Source: Thermoproteaceae archaeon
GTDB lineage: Archaea; Thermoproteota; Thermoprotei; Thermoproteales; Thermoproteaceae
Direction of reading: 5' to 3'
Length of the DNA: 36,318 bases
NCBI GenBank assembly: GCA_020833025.1
Contig: JAJHRB010000007.1
Location: 1-36,318, forward strand
In this document: positions 17,761 to 26,239 of the stretch, one piece after another
Layout of the letters: each line of letters starts with the position of its first letter
Position numbering within the stretch: position 1 is the stretch's first letter
The notes under the pieces: model-generated
The model's input: the letters and a program-made list of their open reading frames with translations, nothing else
Database searches by the model: none
What the model was told of the DNA's origin: nothing
Program-made: the position numbers and the translations under genes

Positions 17761-18972
17761 CTACGCGCAGAGCCTGAGCGATAGGGAGTCTCTTGTGAGC
17801 TCTCTGACCGGCCACTTCTGGTAGTCGAACGTGACTGCCTTAATTTCGCGCGCCTTTCTGTAAGCGTCGGCGCGGCGCGCGCCCTCCCTGATCAGCCTAT
17901 TCATGTGAAACTCGGTCAACGCGTACGGCAGCGCTCTCTGCAAGTTCTCTGCTATGCGGCCCTCGTTTACCTCCAGGCTTCTCAGAACTGCAAGCATGCT
18001 TTCCAGCATCTCGTCAACCGCCAGAATCGACTCGGGTATCCAGATGCGCTCGTTTGCCGAGTTTGTGAGGTCTCTCTCGTGCCACAGCGCAACATTCTCC
18101 AGCGCGACGTTGACCAGAGCGCGGACGTAACGCGCGAGGCTGACTATTCTCTCTGACGCTGTCGGGTTTGATTTGTGCGGCATGGCCGACGAGCCGCCGC
18201 CCCTCTCGACGAGCTCTCCAATCTCCGGCCTTGAGAGCTCCCTGACCTCGGTTGCCAGGCGCTCTAAGACGGCTGCCACGAGGGCCAGCGCGAAGGCAAG
18301 CACTGCAAAGGTCTCGCGCGGTGCCACTTGCGTCGTTATCGTGTGGTACGGCAGCCCCAGCCTCTCGGCGACGCGCCGCCTTATCTCGGGCCCCAGCTCT
18401 CCCCACGCGGCCATTGTGCCCACGGCGCCGCCAATTTTTGCCCTCACCATGTCCTCGGCAAGCGTCAGCTGCTTGCACGCTATGTAGAGCTCGTAGTAGT
18501 AGTTTGCAAACTTGAAGCCAAGCGTGATAGGCTCGGCCCACTGCCCGTGAGTGCGGCCGATCATCTCAAGGTTCTCGTACTTTCTCGCGAGGCGCGAGAG
18601 CTCCTCGCCTACAGCCACTATTTTGCTCTTCACGGCCGACAGCGCCCTCCTGACCAGCATGGCCCACGCCGTGTCCACAATGTCGTACGACGTCGCGCCG
18701 TAGTGCACAAAGCGACAGCCGCTCCTCTCTTCGAGCAGCAGTACTAGGCTTAGGACGTCGTGTCTTGTCTCCCTCTCGAGCTTGTAGACGTCGTCGGCGC
18801 TCACTTTAACTCCAGCGAGGGCGTCACAGCAGCCGCGCTCGGCAACTCCAAGCTCCTCCAGCACGCACACAAGCGCCCTCTCGACCTCAACGTAGGCATC
18901 AATTATTGACTGGGGGGTGAAGAGGCTGCGGATCTCGTCCGAGCCGTAGCGCCAGTCAAACGGGGAGATCAT
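17761..18972 (-). CDS. purB: Adenylosuccinate lyase
   Basis: GRTHGQ, GGAVGT, SSAMPHKSNP, HERDLTNS; closely resembles the Pyrobaculum enzyme. Confidence 0.97.
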   Translation of the reverse strand: MISPFDWRYGSDEIRSLFTPQSIIDAYVEVERALVCVLEELGVAERGCCDALAGVKVSADDVYKLERETRHDVLSLVLLLEERSGCRFVHYGATSYDIVDTAWAMLVRRALSAVKSKIVAVGEELSRLARKYENLEMIGRTHGQWAEPITLGFKFANYYYELYIACKQLTLAEDMVRAKIGGAVGTMAAWGELGPEIRRRVAERLGLPYHTITTQVAPRETFAVLAFALALVAAVLERLATEVRELSRPEIGELVERGGGSSAMPHKSNPTASERIVSLARYVRALVNVALENVALWHERDLTNSANERIWIPESILAVDEMLESMLAVLRSLEVNEGRIAENLQRALPYALTEFHMNRLIREGARRADAYRKAREIKAVTFDYQKWPVRELTRDSLSLRLCA

Positions 18973-19106
18973 GTTCCCTGCGTGCGGCCAGCACTAATTA
19001 TAGTTGGGGGCCCCGAGACTCGGGGGAATCCCGCTCTGGACGCCTCAAACCGCGCCTGCGCGCTAAGCTGGCTTGAGGGCGGCCTGGGCTAAAATTAGCG
19101 CTTAGT

Positions 19107-20111
19107 TCAGAGCCTTCCCTTCTCGCGCCTCAAGTCTATCACGTGCCAGGGCTCGGGCCCTGTGCCTATCAGCGTGACTGGCACCCCGAGCTGGCTCTCT
19201 ATCTCGTCAATCCACCGTCGCGCCTCCGGGGGCAGATCCCCCCAGCGCGCCTTTCCGGCAGCCTCCCTAAATATGGCGTCTACTTTGGTGATCGCTATCT
19301 GCGTGGGCGTGTTGAGAAGGACCGCCCTCTTGGCCAGGTCAATATTGAAGGGGGCGGCCCTCCTCTGCCTGCCGGTGACGGCCCCGCGCTCCGCCCAGCC
19401 CCTCCTCTCGACCTCCTCGGGCGGCAGCTCGCCAGGGAGGGGGCCCCCGCCCACTCTGGTAACGTAGGCCTTGAAGACCAAGACGATCTCGTCAGCTGCC
19501 TTGGGCCCGACGCCGGCCTCGCTTAACACGCCGCTGGCAGTCACGTCCCTGCTCGTGACGTACGGGTAGGTTCCGTGGTAGAGCGATAGAAACGTTCCCT
19601 GCGTGCCCTCAATTATAACGCCGCGGTCCTTAAGCTCGTGGACCAGAGAGGGGACGTCTGCCAGGTAGGGTTTTAGCACGTCGAAGTCCCTGGCCAGTCT
19701 CAGCCTCCTCAGAACGCGATCCACCACGGCCGCTCCCACGCCCTGTCCCGTTGACCCGATCACCCTCATCAGATACTCGTCCTCCAGCTCCGCGCTCACG
19801 TGCCGGTCCTCTATTACGCCGGTATTGTAATCAACGTGAGACTTGCCCCTGCCGTACTTGTTTACCTCGTCGAGGAAGATATCAACTCTTATCAACGCGC
19901 CCGGCGCCACCGCTAGCCTGGCCTCGTGGTGCGTAAAGCACGCAGGGAGGGCCCTCAGTACGTGCGCCACGCCGTTTATCATGACTGTGTGGCCAGCATT
20001 CGGCGCGCCGGTCCTCACGCAGAGGGCCGGTCTGTCGGCGGCTGCCAAGTATGACACTACCTTTCCTTTGCCTGTGTCGCCGAAAAAGCCGTCGACTACC
20101 ACGTAGAGCAC
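19107..20111 (-). CDS. purA: Adenylosuccinate synthetase (short archaeal type)
   Basis: GFFGDTGKGK, NAGHT, IGSTGQGVG, EGTQG, YPYVTS, RGAVTGRQR; start at GTG 20111. Confidence 0.96.
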   Translation of the reverse strand: MLYVVVDGFFGDTGKGKVVSYLAAADRPALCVRTGAPNAGHTVMINGVAHVLRALPACFTHHEARLAVAPGALIRVDIFLDEVNKYGRGKSHVDYNTGVIEDRHVSAELEDEYLMRVIGSTGQGVGAAVVDRVLRRLRLARDFDVLKPYLADVPSLVHELKDRGVIIEGTQGTFLSLYHGTYPYVTSRDVTASGVLSEAGVGPKAADEIVLVFKAYVTRVGGGPLPGELPPEEVERRGWAERGAVTGRQRRAAPFNIDLAKRAVLLNTPTQIAITKVDAIFREAAGKARWGDLPPEARRWIDEIESQLGVPVTLIGTGPEPWHVIDLRREKGRL

Positions 20112-20250
20112 GCTAGAGTCTACGCGGCAGGTAAAAAACGTCGCGCGCCTGGGAGCGCTGGCCGTGAGGCGGCGTCTGTCCCAGGGCTCTTGAGCGCTGG
20201 CGGGGCTCAAGAGTCCCGAAGTTTATAAACGGCGCGGGCGCAGCTCGGGC

Positions 20251-20778
20251 GTGAGCCCCCTCAGGGAGGCCTACCTCTACATAGTTGAGAGGGCTGTCGC
20301 GTGGGAGTTTGACAGCGCGGAGTACGGGAAGCTCGCGAGAAAAATGGTTGAACTCCTTCTTGAGCAGAGAGAGAGCATGACAGACGATAAAATAGCAATA
20401 ATGCTCAATGTCTCCACAGCAGAAGTCAGAAGAATACTTCAATACTTGATGAAACATAACTTAATAGGCACCAAGAAGAGAATGACGGAAGATTACAGAA
20501 CCGAGTACACGTGGTACGCGAACGACGAGGTGATACGGCAAGCGGTCAGAGGCAGGGCAAGGGCAGTGAGGGAGAAGCTGTCGCTCCTAATAAAGGCACT
20601 CGCCGAGGGGAGCTACTATGTGTGCCCCAACTGTTTCATGCGCTACGCGCTCGACGACGTGATGAGTGGGGGAGACTCATGTCCTGTGTGCGGGGCTAAG
20701 CTCGAGTACGTCGAGGGACCAGACGAGATAGGCAAGCTGACTAGAGTGTACGAGGAGCTCGAGAAAGTGCAGGGCTGA
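20251..20778 (+). CDS. tfe: Transcription factor E (TFIIE-alpha homologue)
   Basis: Winged helix MTDDKIA...EVRRIL, zinc ribbon CPNC...CPVCG; TTTATAAA upstream. Confidence 0.9.
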   Translation: MSPLREAYLYIVERAVAWEFDSAEYGKLARKMVELLLEQRESMTDDKIAIMLNVSTAEVRRILQYLMKHNLIGTKKRMTEDYRTEYTWYANDEVIRQAVRGRARAVREKLSLLIKALAEGSYYVCPNCFMRYALDDVMSGGDSCPVCGAKLEYVEGPDEIGKLTRVYEELEKVQG

Positions 20779-20893
20779 GCCCAGGCGCCCATTCCGCGCC
20801 CGGCCCCGGGCCGCGAGACCAGCGCCGTGTTATGCCCGCTTCAGCGCGCTCGCGGCGAGGTTAAAAAGAGGGCGTGCAGGTCTCGGGATTCTT

Positions 20894-22528
20894 GTGAGCT
20901 TTGAGATTGCCGCCAAGGACTTGGCGGCCAGAGTGGGGCGGCTCAGAGTGAAGGGCGGTGTCGTAGAGACTCCCGCGCTCTTCCCGGTAGTTGACCCGAG
21001 AAAGCAGGAGGTGCCTGTCGAGACGCTGAGGAAGTACTTTGGCCAGGTGATAACAAATGCCTACTTCATATACAAGCTTACTGGCGGCAAGACGGTAGAC
21101 GTGAAGAAGTTTATCAAGTGGGACGGCGTTGTAATGACGGACTCCGGGGCCTATCAGATGATACACCGCGGCACAGTTGAAATCGATCCAGATGAGATCC
21201 TGACATACCAGTCGAGAATAGGGAGCGATATAGGAGTCATTCTCGACATTCCGTTTGACTATGAAGAGCCTTACGAGAGCGCGCTGCTCAAGGTAGAGGA
21301 GACGATCAGGAGGGCAAAGCGGGCTGCCACGATGCTGGACAGGTTGGACATGCTCGTCGTCGCGCCGCTGCAAGGCGCTCTCTACACCGACTTGCTCATC
21401 AGGTCAGTCCGCGAGCTATCGAGACTAGGCTTCCACGTATTCGCAATAGGCAGCCCGACGACACTACTCGAAGAATATAGGTTCGACCAAGTACTCGAGA
21501 TTGTGCTGAACGTGAAGCTGAACATGGCACGAGAGGCGCCGCTCCACCTCTTCGGGGCCGGGCACCCGCTGATAATTCCATTCGCCGTGGCTCTCGGCGT
21601 TGACGCGTTTGACAGCGCGTCCTACATACTCTATGCCAGAGACGGCAGGGTCTTGCTGAGAGACAGGACGCTGCGGCTTGACGACGTGAGGACGGACTAC
21701 TTGCCGTGCAGCACTAAACTGTGCGAGATGCCCGTGAGGGAGCTGCTGGAGATGCCCCAGCACGAGCGCACGCTGCTGATAGCAGAGCACAACCTGGCTG
21801 TGATACGGGAGGAGCTGCTTGAAGTCAAGCAGCGCATATATGAGGGCACGCTGTGGGAGTACCTCGAAGTTAAGGCGCGCGCCCACCCCTCGCTCTACAG
21901 GTTCCTCCTGCTCTTGAGACGCTACCGGCACCTGCTTGAGGAGTACGACCCGGAGACGCACCCAAGACCCCACGGGCTGGTGTTTTACGGCGACACGTCG
22001 CCCGCAAGGCCGGAGCCGCTGAGACACCGCACGAGGATGTCGCGCGTCGAAATAAGCGGGAGGGCGGTAATTGTCCTGCGCGTCGAAGAGAAACCGTATA
22101 ACAAGAGCTGGGAGTATCAGTTTGTAAAGAGCATTGCAGGGAGCAGAATTCCAGTGCTCTTCTTCGATCCCACTTTTGGCATAATTCCGGAGGGCATTGC
22201 AGATGTCTACCCGCTGTCTCAAAACTCGTCCGAGGGCGAGAGCGAGGAGGCCAGGGCATTTGCGTACGAGTGGCTGGGCCGCTACGATGTGATACTGGCG
22301 TACGGAGTTGACCTGCCGCTGGCAGGCAAGCGCGTCATAAGACTCAGCTCGCTGGAGGAGATAGCAAACATGCTCTCCCTCAGCCCCGGCAGCCATCCAG
22401 AGGGCGGGGGCCCCGGGACGCCCTATATCCCGGACCGCGCAGTCCCGCCCTCAGGGCCCCCGCGCGCCCCCGCCAGCGGCGGGACTAAAGTGGAGTCAGC
22501 CGTTGAGGGCGGCGCACGCCTTATATGA
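20894..22528 (+). CDS. tgtA: Archaeosine tRNA-guanine(15) transglycosylase
   Basis: MTDSGAYQ, GVILDIP, PLQG, HLFGAG, GVDAFDSA, LPCS; last ~50 aa are an atypical G/P-rich extension. Confidence 0.93.
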   Translation: MSFEIAAKDLAARVGRLRVKGGVVETPALFPVVDPRKQEVPVETLRKYFGQVITNAYFIYKLTGGKTVDVKKFIKWDGVVMTDSGAYQMIHRGTVEIDPDEILTYQSRIGSDIGVILDIPFDYEEPYESALLKVEETIRRAKRAATMLDRLDMLVVAPLQGALYTDLLIRSVRELSRLGFHVFAIGSPTTLLEEYRFDQVLEIVLNVKLNMAREAPLHLFGAGHPLIIPFAVALGVDAFDSASYILYARDGRVLLRDRTLRLDDVRTDYLPCSTKLCEMPVRELLEMPQHERTLLIAEHNLAVIREELLEVKQRIYEGTLWEYLEVKARAHPSLYRFLLLLRRYRHLLEEYDPETHPRPHGLVFYGDTSPARPEPLRHRTRMSRVEISGRAVIVLRVEEKPYNKSWEYQFVKSIAGSRIPVLFFDPTFGIIPEGIADVYPLSQNSSEGESEEARAFAYEWLGRYDVILAYGVDLPLAGKRVIRLSSLEEIANMLSLSPGSHPEGGGPGTPYIPDRAVPPSGPPRAPASGGTKVESAVEGGARLI

Positions 22529-22644
22529 TCGCTGGCTGCAACAACCCCCGTCCAAAGCAGCCGCGCCTCGTGTGCCTCGGAGAGAAATCGGAGAGAAAAA
22601 AAGAGGCAACAGAAGGCATGGGGAGGGGCTAGGCGCCCCAAACA

Positions 22645-22660
22645 ACTAAAAATTTAAAAA
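22645..22660 (+). promoter_or_regulatory. BRE + TATA box of the tRNA-Leu 3' piece
   Basis: ACTAAAAA-TTTAAAAA; spacing as at the 9003 promoter predicts a start near 22681. Confidence 0.7.
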
Positions 22661-22680
22661 TGCGCGGGAAGAGAGGTCCC

Positions 22681-22788
22681 ACCAGCCGCCGCCCGCCCGA
22701 CTCAAGGGGCAGGGCTCTCGGCTGCAGGCCGGCCCACAAGACCCTGTGGCGTAGGCCTGCGTGGGTTCAAATCCCACCCCCCGCACCA
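22681..22788 (+). tRNA. tRNA-Leu(CAA) 3' piece (positions 22-76) with 5' leader and 20-nt intron at 34/35 (22718-22737); candidate split tRNA
   Basis: AGGGG-CAGGG-CTC[intron]AAGA-CCCTG-TGGCGTAGGCCTGC-GTGGG-TTCAAAT-CCCAC-CCCCCGC-A-CCA; the required GCGGGGG acceptor strand and D-arm 5' side are absent in cis. Confidence 0.88.
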
Positions 22789-22804
22789 CCCTCCTGCCGG
22801 CTCC

Positions 22805-23956
22805 TCACAGTGCGCTCGTAATTATGTCGGCGACAACCTCACTGGTCACCTGAAACGGCGCATTGCTCTCAAGTGTGCCTCTAGACGTCGCAAGAACTCT
22901 CTCCGCGAGCGCCTTAACATCCCTCTCAGAAAAGCCGTAATCGCCGAGTCTCTCGCGAAAGCCTATCTCTTCCTGGAACCTCGCAATGGCTCTCTCGGCA
23001 TCCTTCGCATACTCCGGGCTGGGCTTGATGTTGGGAGCCAGCGCCCTCAGGACTCTAGCGGAGGTCCCGGGGTCTGCCCGGTGCGTGTAGTACACCGCGC
23101 GCGGGCCCAGCATTCCGAGCCCGCAGCCGTGGGGGAGCCTGGGCTCGAGGCCGCTCAGCACGTGCTCCACCGCGTGCAGCACGTGAACGCGCGACATGTC
23201 AATCGCAATTCCTGCTATCATTGACGCGTACAGCATTTCGTAGCGGAGCTCCAGATTCTTTAGGTCGTTCATGAGAGAGGGCAGAGACCTCGATATTGTC
23301 GCGGCGGCGCTCTCAGCTAGCGTTAGGGTCAGCGGGTTGGAGAGCCTGCCGGTCGCGGACTCGTACGCGTGATAGAGCGCGTCCAGCGAGACGCAGATGC
23401 TCTGCCTCCTGTCAAGCGTTAGCGTGTACCTTGGGTCGTCTACCGACACGTCCGGATACCTCGCGTAAATGCCGACCTTCTCCCTGGTATTCTCAAACGT
23501 GACGACTGCCCACTTGTTGACCTCGCTGCCCGTGCCGTGAGTCAGGTTGACAACTATCAAGGGCACCGCCCTCTTGGCCCTCCTCGCGCCCGTTCTGTAA
23601 TCAGAAACCCTCCCCCCGCTAGCGGCCACGATAGTCGCCAGCTTCGCCGCGTCGATCACGCTACCGCCGCCTATTGCCACTACCGCGTCCGCGCCTTCCT
23701 CCCAGACGGCCCTCGCGAGCTCCTCGGCTTGCGCGGCCCATGGATTCGGCGTGATATTGCTGAACACGGTGTGCTTGATGCCGAGATTGCCGAGCAGTCT
23801 AAGCACGTCGTCCAGCGCGCCGGAGACAGCAGCTGAGGATCTCCCCGACGCTATGACGGCTCTCTCGAAGTGCCGCACGAAGTCTCCAATCTTCTCCACG
23901 GCCCCCGGGCCGAAGAATAGCGTCACGCCGCCGTACTTGAGCTCGAACTTGCGCAC
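22805..23956 (-). CDS. Iron-containing alcohol dehydrogenase
   Basis: AIGGGSVIDAAK, LTHGTGSEV, DALYHAYES, HAVEH...PHG. Confidence 0.93.
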   Translation of the reverse strand: MRKFELKYGGVTLFFGPGAVEKIGDFVRHFERAVIASGRSSAAVSGALDDVLRLLGNLGIKHTVFSNITPNPWAAQAEELARAVWEEGADAVVAIGGGSVIDAAKLATIVAASGGRVSDYRTGARRAKRAVPLIVVNLTHGTGSEVNKWAVVTFENTREKVGIYARYPDVSVDDPRYTLTLDRRQSICVSLDALYHAYESATGRLSNPLTLTLAESAAATISRSLPSLMNDLKNLELRYEMLYASMIAGIAIDMSRVHVLHAVEHVLSGLEPRLPHGCGLGMLGPRAVYYTHRADPGTSARVLRALAPNIKPSPEYAKDAERAIARFQEEIGFRERLGDYGFSERDVKALAERVLATSRGTLESNAPFQVTSEVVADIITSAL

Positions 23957-23980
23957 TGTGCGGCGGGGGCCTGGCGGGAG

Positions 23981-24469
23981 TTAAACTTTGCGCGCCTGGC
24001 GGCACCTGTCCCTCGCGGAGACCTCTACCTCCAGCAGCGCCAGGTACTGCTCGTCTGTCACTGAAATGAGCGGGTTCGCCCTCTGCACTTCCTGTATCGC
24101 GTCGTCGGCGCTCAGACACTTTGTGAGTACCAGATACGCGGCAAGCGCCGTGGCAGTCCTCCCGACTCCCCCGACGCAGTGGACCACCACGGCGCCTCTC
24201 GATGCCTCAAGCGCGATGATCTCGGCAAGGTCGTGCAGGTCTCTTGGCGCGCGCCCGTCTTGCGTGGGCCAGTGCACCCACTTGATTCCGCTCTTCTCCA
24301 GCACCCGGCGAAACTCGCGCGGGTCCCACCTGCCGTAGTGCTCTAGCTCCCACGACTCTGCCAGGGTTATTACAGTTCTCACGCCAGCTCTGACCCACTC
24401 CACGACGCTCTCTGCGCTTGGCACGCAAGACCCGGCGACTCTCTCGTCAAGCCAGTACAGGCAGTTCAC
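23981..24469 (-). CDS. Dual-specificity/tyrosine protein phosphatase
   Basis: HCVGGVGRT active-site loop, WPTQDG general-acid loop; start at GTG 24469 or upstream. Confidence 0.9.
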   Translation of the reverse strand: MNCLYWLDERVAGSCVPSAESVVEWVRAGVRTVITLAESWELEHYGRWDPREFRRVLEKSGIKWVHWPTQDGRAPRDLHDLAEIIALEASRGAVVVHCVGGVGRTATALAAYLVLTKCLSADDAIQEVQRANPLISVTDEQYLALLEVEVSARDRCRQARKV

Positions 24470-24520
24470 GCGCACAGCGCCGGCGGTACCATAAATACCC
24501 GCCACAGCAATGCCCGCAGC

Positions 24521-25633
24521 GTGAGGGCGGTAGTGCTCGGCGGGGGCATAGCCGGGGTCTTCACGGCATACTTCCTGAGGCGGCTCGGCTTTAGGGTCGT
24601 CGGAATTGGAGGGAGGCTGCAGTATCCGCTGGCACGGCTAGTGCTCACGCTCTCGATGCCTTACGAGGACGACGTAGAGCTGGCGCGGAGAAGCCTGGAG
24701 ATATACAGCGAGCTCGCAGAAGTTGAGGGAGTCACGTCGGTGGATATACTGCCGGAGGGAGTTGACCTCTCCAGGCTGAGAATACCTCACGAGGTGGTCG
24801 ACACGGTAGAGGGCGTGAGGCTGAGACCTGGGGAAATCGCCGTCATTAGCAGAGACTACCTAGTGCCGGTCAGACGCGTAGTTGCGGAGCTAAGACGGGA
24901 GCTAGGCTTCATTAAGGCACACGGCAGGCTGAAAGTTGTCGGCGACGCGGCGCACGTGATCGTGAACGGCGGGAGGGTGGCCGGCGACATCGTCGTTCTC
25001 GCCGCCGGGCACATGAACAGGCAGCTAGCACAGGAGGCGGGCATTAACCTCCCGCTGGTGCCCTATGACTGCTACGCCGTTATCTGCCTCGCGCGGAGGC
25101 GGCTCTGGAATTACAGCATCGGCGATTACGTGCTCGGCTGGTACGGGCGCCCGGCAGTGCCACCGCTCTACATAATTGGGAATGGGTGCGGCCGGTACTG
25201 CGGCGGCGTGCCCCGCGGCTATGCGTCACGGCTCGCCAGACTTGTATCACAGAGAGTTGGGCGCGTAATACCGCTGGCTGTCAGAGCTGGGCATTGCGAG
25301 GTCGGGCCTCACGGCGGCCCGCTCTACGGAAAGCACCCGCACGTTAAGAACCTGTATGTAATTGGCGGTCTCGACGGGTACGGCGGCATGGTCGGCCCGG
25401 CCCTCGCGGAGCGGCTCGCCGCGCTAATATCGGGGCGCGGCTTTGACGACGCGTACAGGCTGGAGAGGTACGCAGATGCAGCGGCCTTCGACCCGTGCTC
25501 TATTGTTGAGAGGCATGACTGGAGGTTGGCGCTAAAAACACAATATTTAAATACTCAGGACGCAGGACCGCGTGTCAAGAAAGCGCGAGAGAATGGTACT
25601 GGTTTCCTTTCACGCCCCCCAGACGTATATTGA
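24521..25633 (+). CDS. FAD-dependent oxidoreductase (DAO/sarcosine oxidase beta-like)
   Basis: VVLGGGIAG dinucleotide-binding motif, VLAAG, GGLDGYGGMVGPALAE; 3' end overlaps next gene by 62 nt. Confidence 0.85.
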   Translation: MRAVVLGGGIAGVFTAYFLRRLGFRVVGIGGRLQYPLARLVLTLSMPYEDDVELARRSLEIYSELAEVEGVTSVDILPEGVDLSRLRIPHEVVDTVEGVRLRPGEIAVISRDYLVPVRRVVAELRRELGFIKAHGRLKVVGDAAHVIVNGGRVAGDIVVLAAGHMNRQLAQEAGINLPLVPYDCYAVICLARRRLWNYSIGDYVLGWYGRPAVPPLYIIGNGCGRYCGGVPRGYASRLARLVSQRVGRVIPLAVRAGHCEVGPHGGPLYGKHPHVKNLYVIGGLDGYGGMVGPALAERLAALISGRGFDDAYRLERYADAAAFDPCSIVERHDWRLALKTQYLNTQDAGPRVKKARENGTGFLSRPPDVY

Positions 25634-25814
25634 TATGGTCAATGAGCTCGTGAGGCGCGGGGTGTATCCCAGCAGGAGCGAGGCCGTGAGGGCTGCAATC
25701 CGCGAGCTGCTCAGCAAGTACAGGCCGGAGACTGCCGGCGGGCGGCCGGGCGCCCCCTCGGATGGGTCGCCCCCTTCGCCCCCTCCCCGCCCTCTGCCTA
25801 GAGCTGATGAGTAA
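25572..25814 (+). CDS. Ribbon-helix-helix (CopG/NikR-like) protein
   Basis: LVSFHAP...VNELVRRGVYPSRSEAVRAAIRELL; own TATA TTTAAAT at ~25546. Confidence 0.85.
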   Translation: MSRKRERMVLVSFHAPQTYIDMVNELVRRGVYPSRSEAVRAAIRELLSKYRPETAGGRPGAPSDGSPPSPPPRPLPRADE

Positions 25815-26159
25815 CTAGACAGCAGACTGCTGATGAGCTGACGACGAGCTGACCCCTCCCCTCATCTGGGAGAGCTTCTTACTGATCTCATCCAGTAGCT
25901 GCTCTCTCGTCTTGCCCTCAACGGGTATGCCGAGGGCCCTCGCCATTTCGAGAACCTTGTTGTCCGGCTCCTCCCGTCTCTCGGCGGCCCTCTTCTCCTC
26001 CCTCTCCCCCGCGCCGGAGACTGCCTTTCTGAACTCCCTGATCGCCTCGCCCACGCCTCTTGCGAGAGACGGCAGCTTAGTCGGGCCCCATATCAGCAGG
26101 ATTACTATAGCTATGAGCACGATTATCCACTCTTGCCCGCCGAGCCACAGATACATCAT
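25815..26159 (-). CDS. tatA: Twin-arginine translocase TatA/E
   Basis: GGQEWIIVLIAIVILLIWGPTKLPSLARGVGEAIREFRKA. Confidence 0.93.
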   Translation of the reverse strand: MMYLWLGGQEWIIVLIAIVILLIWGPTKLPSLARGVGEAIREFRKAVSGAGEREEKRAAERREEPDNKVLEMARALGIPVEGKTREQLLDEISKKLSQMRGGVSSSSAHQQSAV

Positions 26160-26239
26160 GAGAGCCGCAGCCGGAGAATAAATGCTTTCTCCCAGCCGGC
26201 ACGCTTTATTTGTTTTTTAGTGCACGCAAGAGTAGTGCT

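Noticed and set aside
18680-18700. PurB TSYD in place of the TSND of Pyrobaculum aerophilum
   Set aside because: This position varies among adenylosuccinate lyases; the catalytic His and signature loop are intact.
22404-22420. GCGGGGG as the missing Leu acceptor strand
   Set aside because: Followed by CCCCGGG rather than TGCCCGAG, has no promoter, and is part of a local stem inside tgtA.
22600-22640. ACAGAAGG...GGGGCTA resembling RNase P RNA CR-V (type T)
   Set aside because: No CR-I (GAGGAAA) or P4 partner upstream, and spacing is wrong.
22664-22700. GCGGG...GGT...GCCCGA pieces as a cis 5' exon of tRNA-Leu interrupted by extra introns
   Set aside because: GCGGG lies only 4 nt after the TATA box, upstream of the predicted start, and no G18G19 D-loop segment can be assembled.
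25806-25853. TGATGA...CTGA...CTGA as a third C/D sRNA at the RHH/tatA junction
   Set aside because: Box C lacks the 5' purine, D' and C' overlap, and the motifs are explained by the two coding ends.
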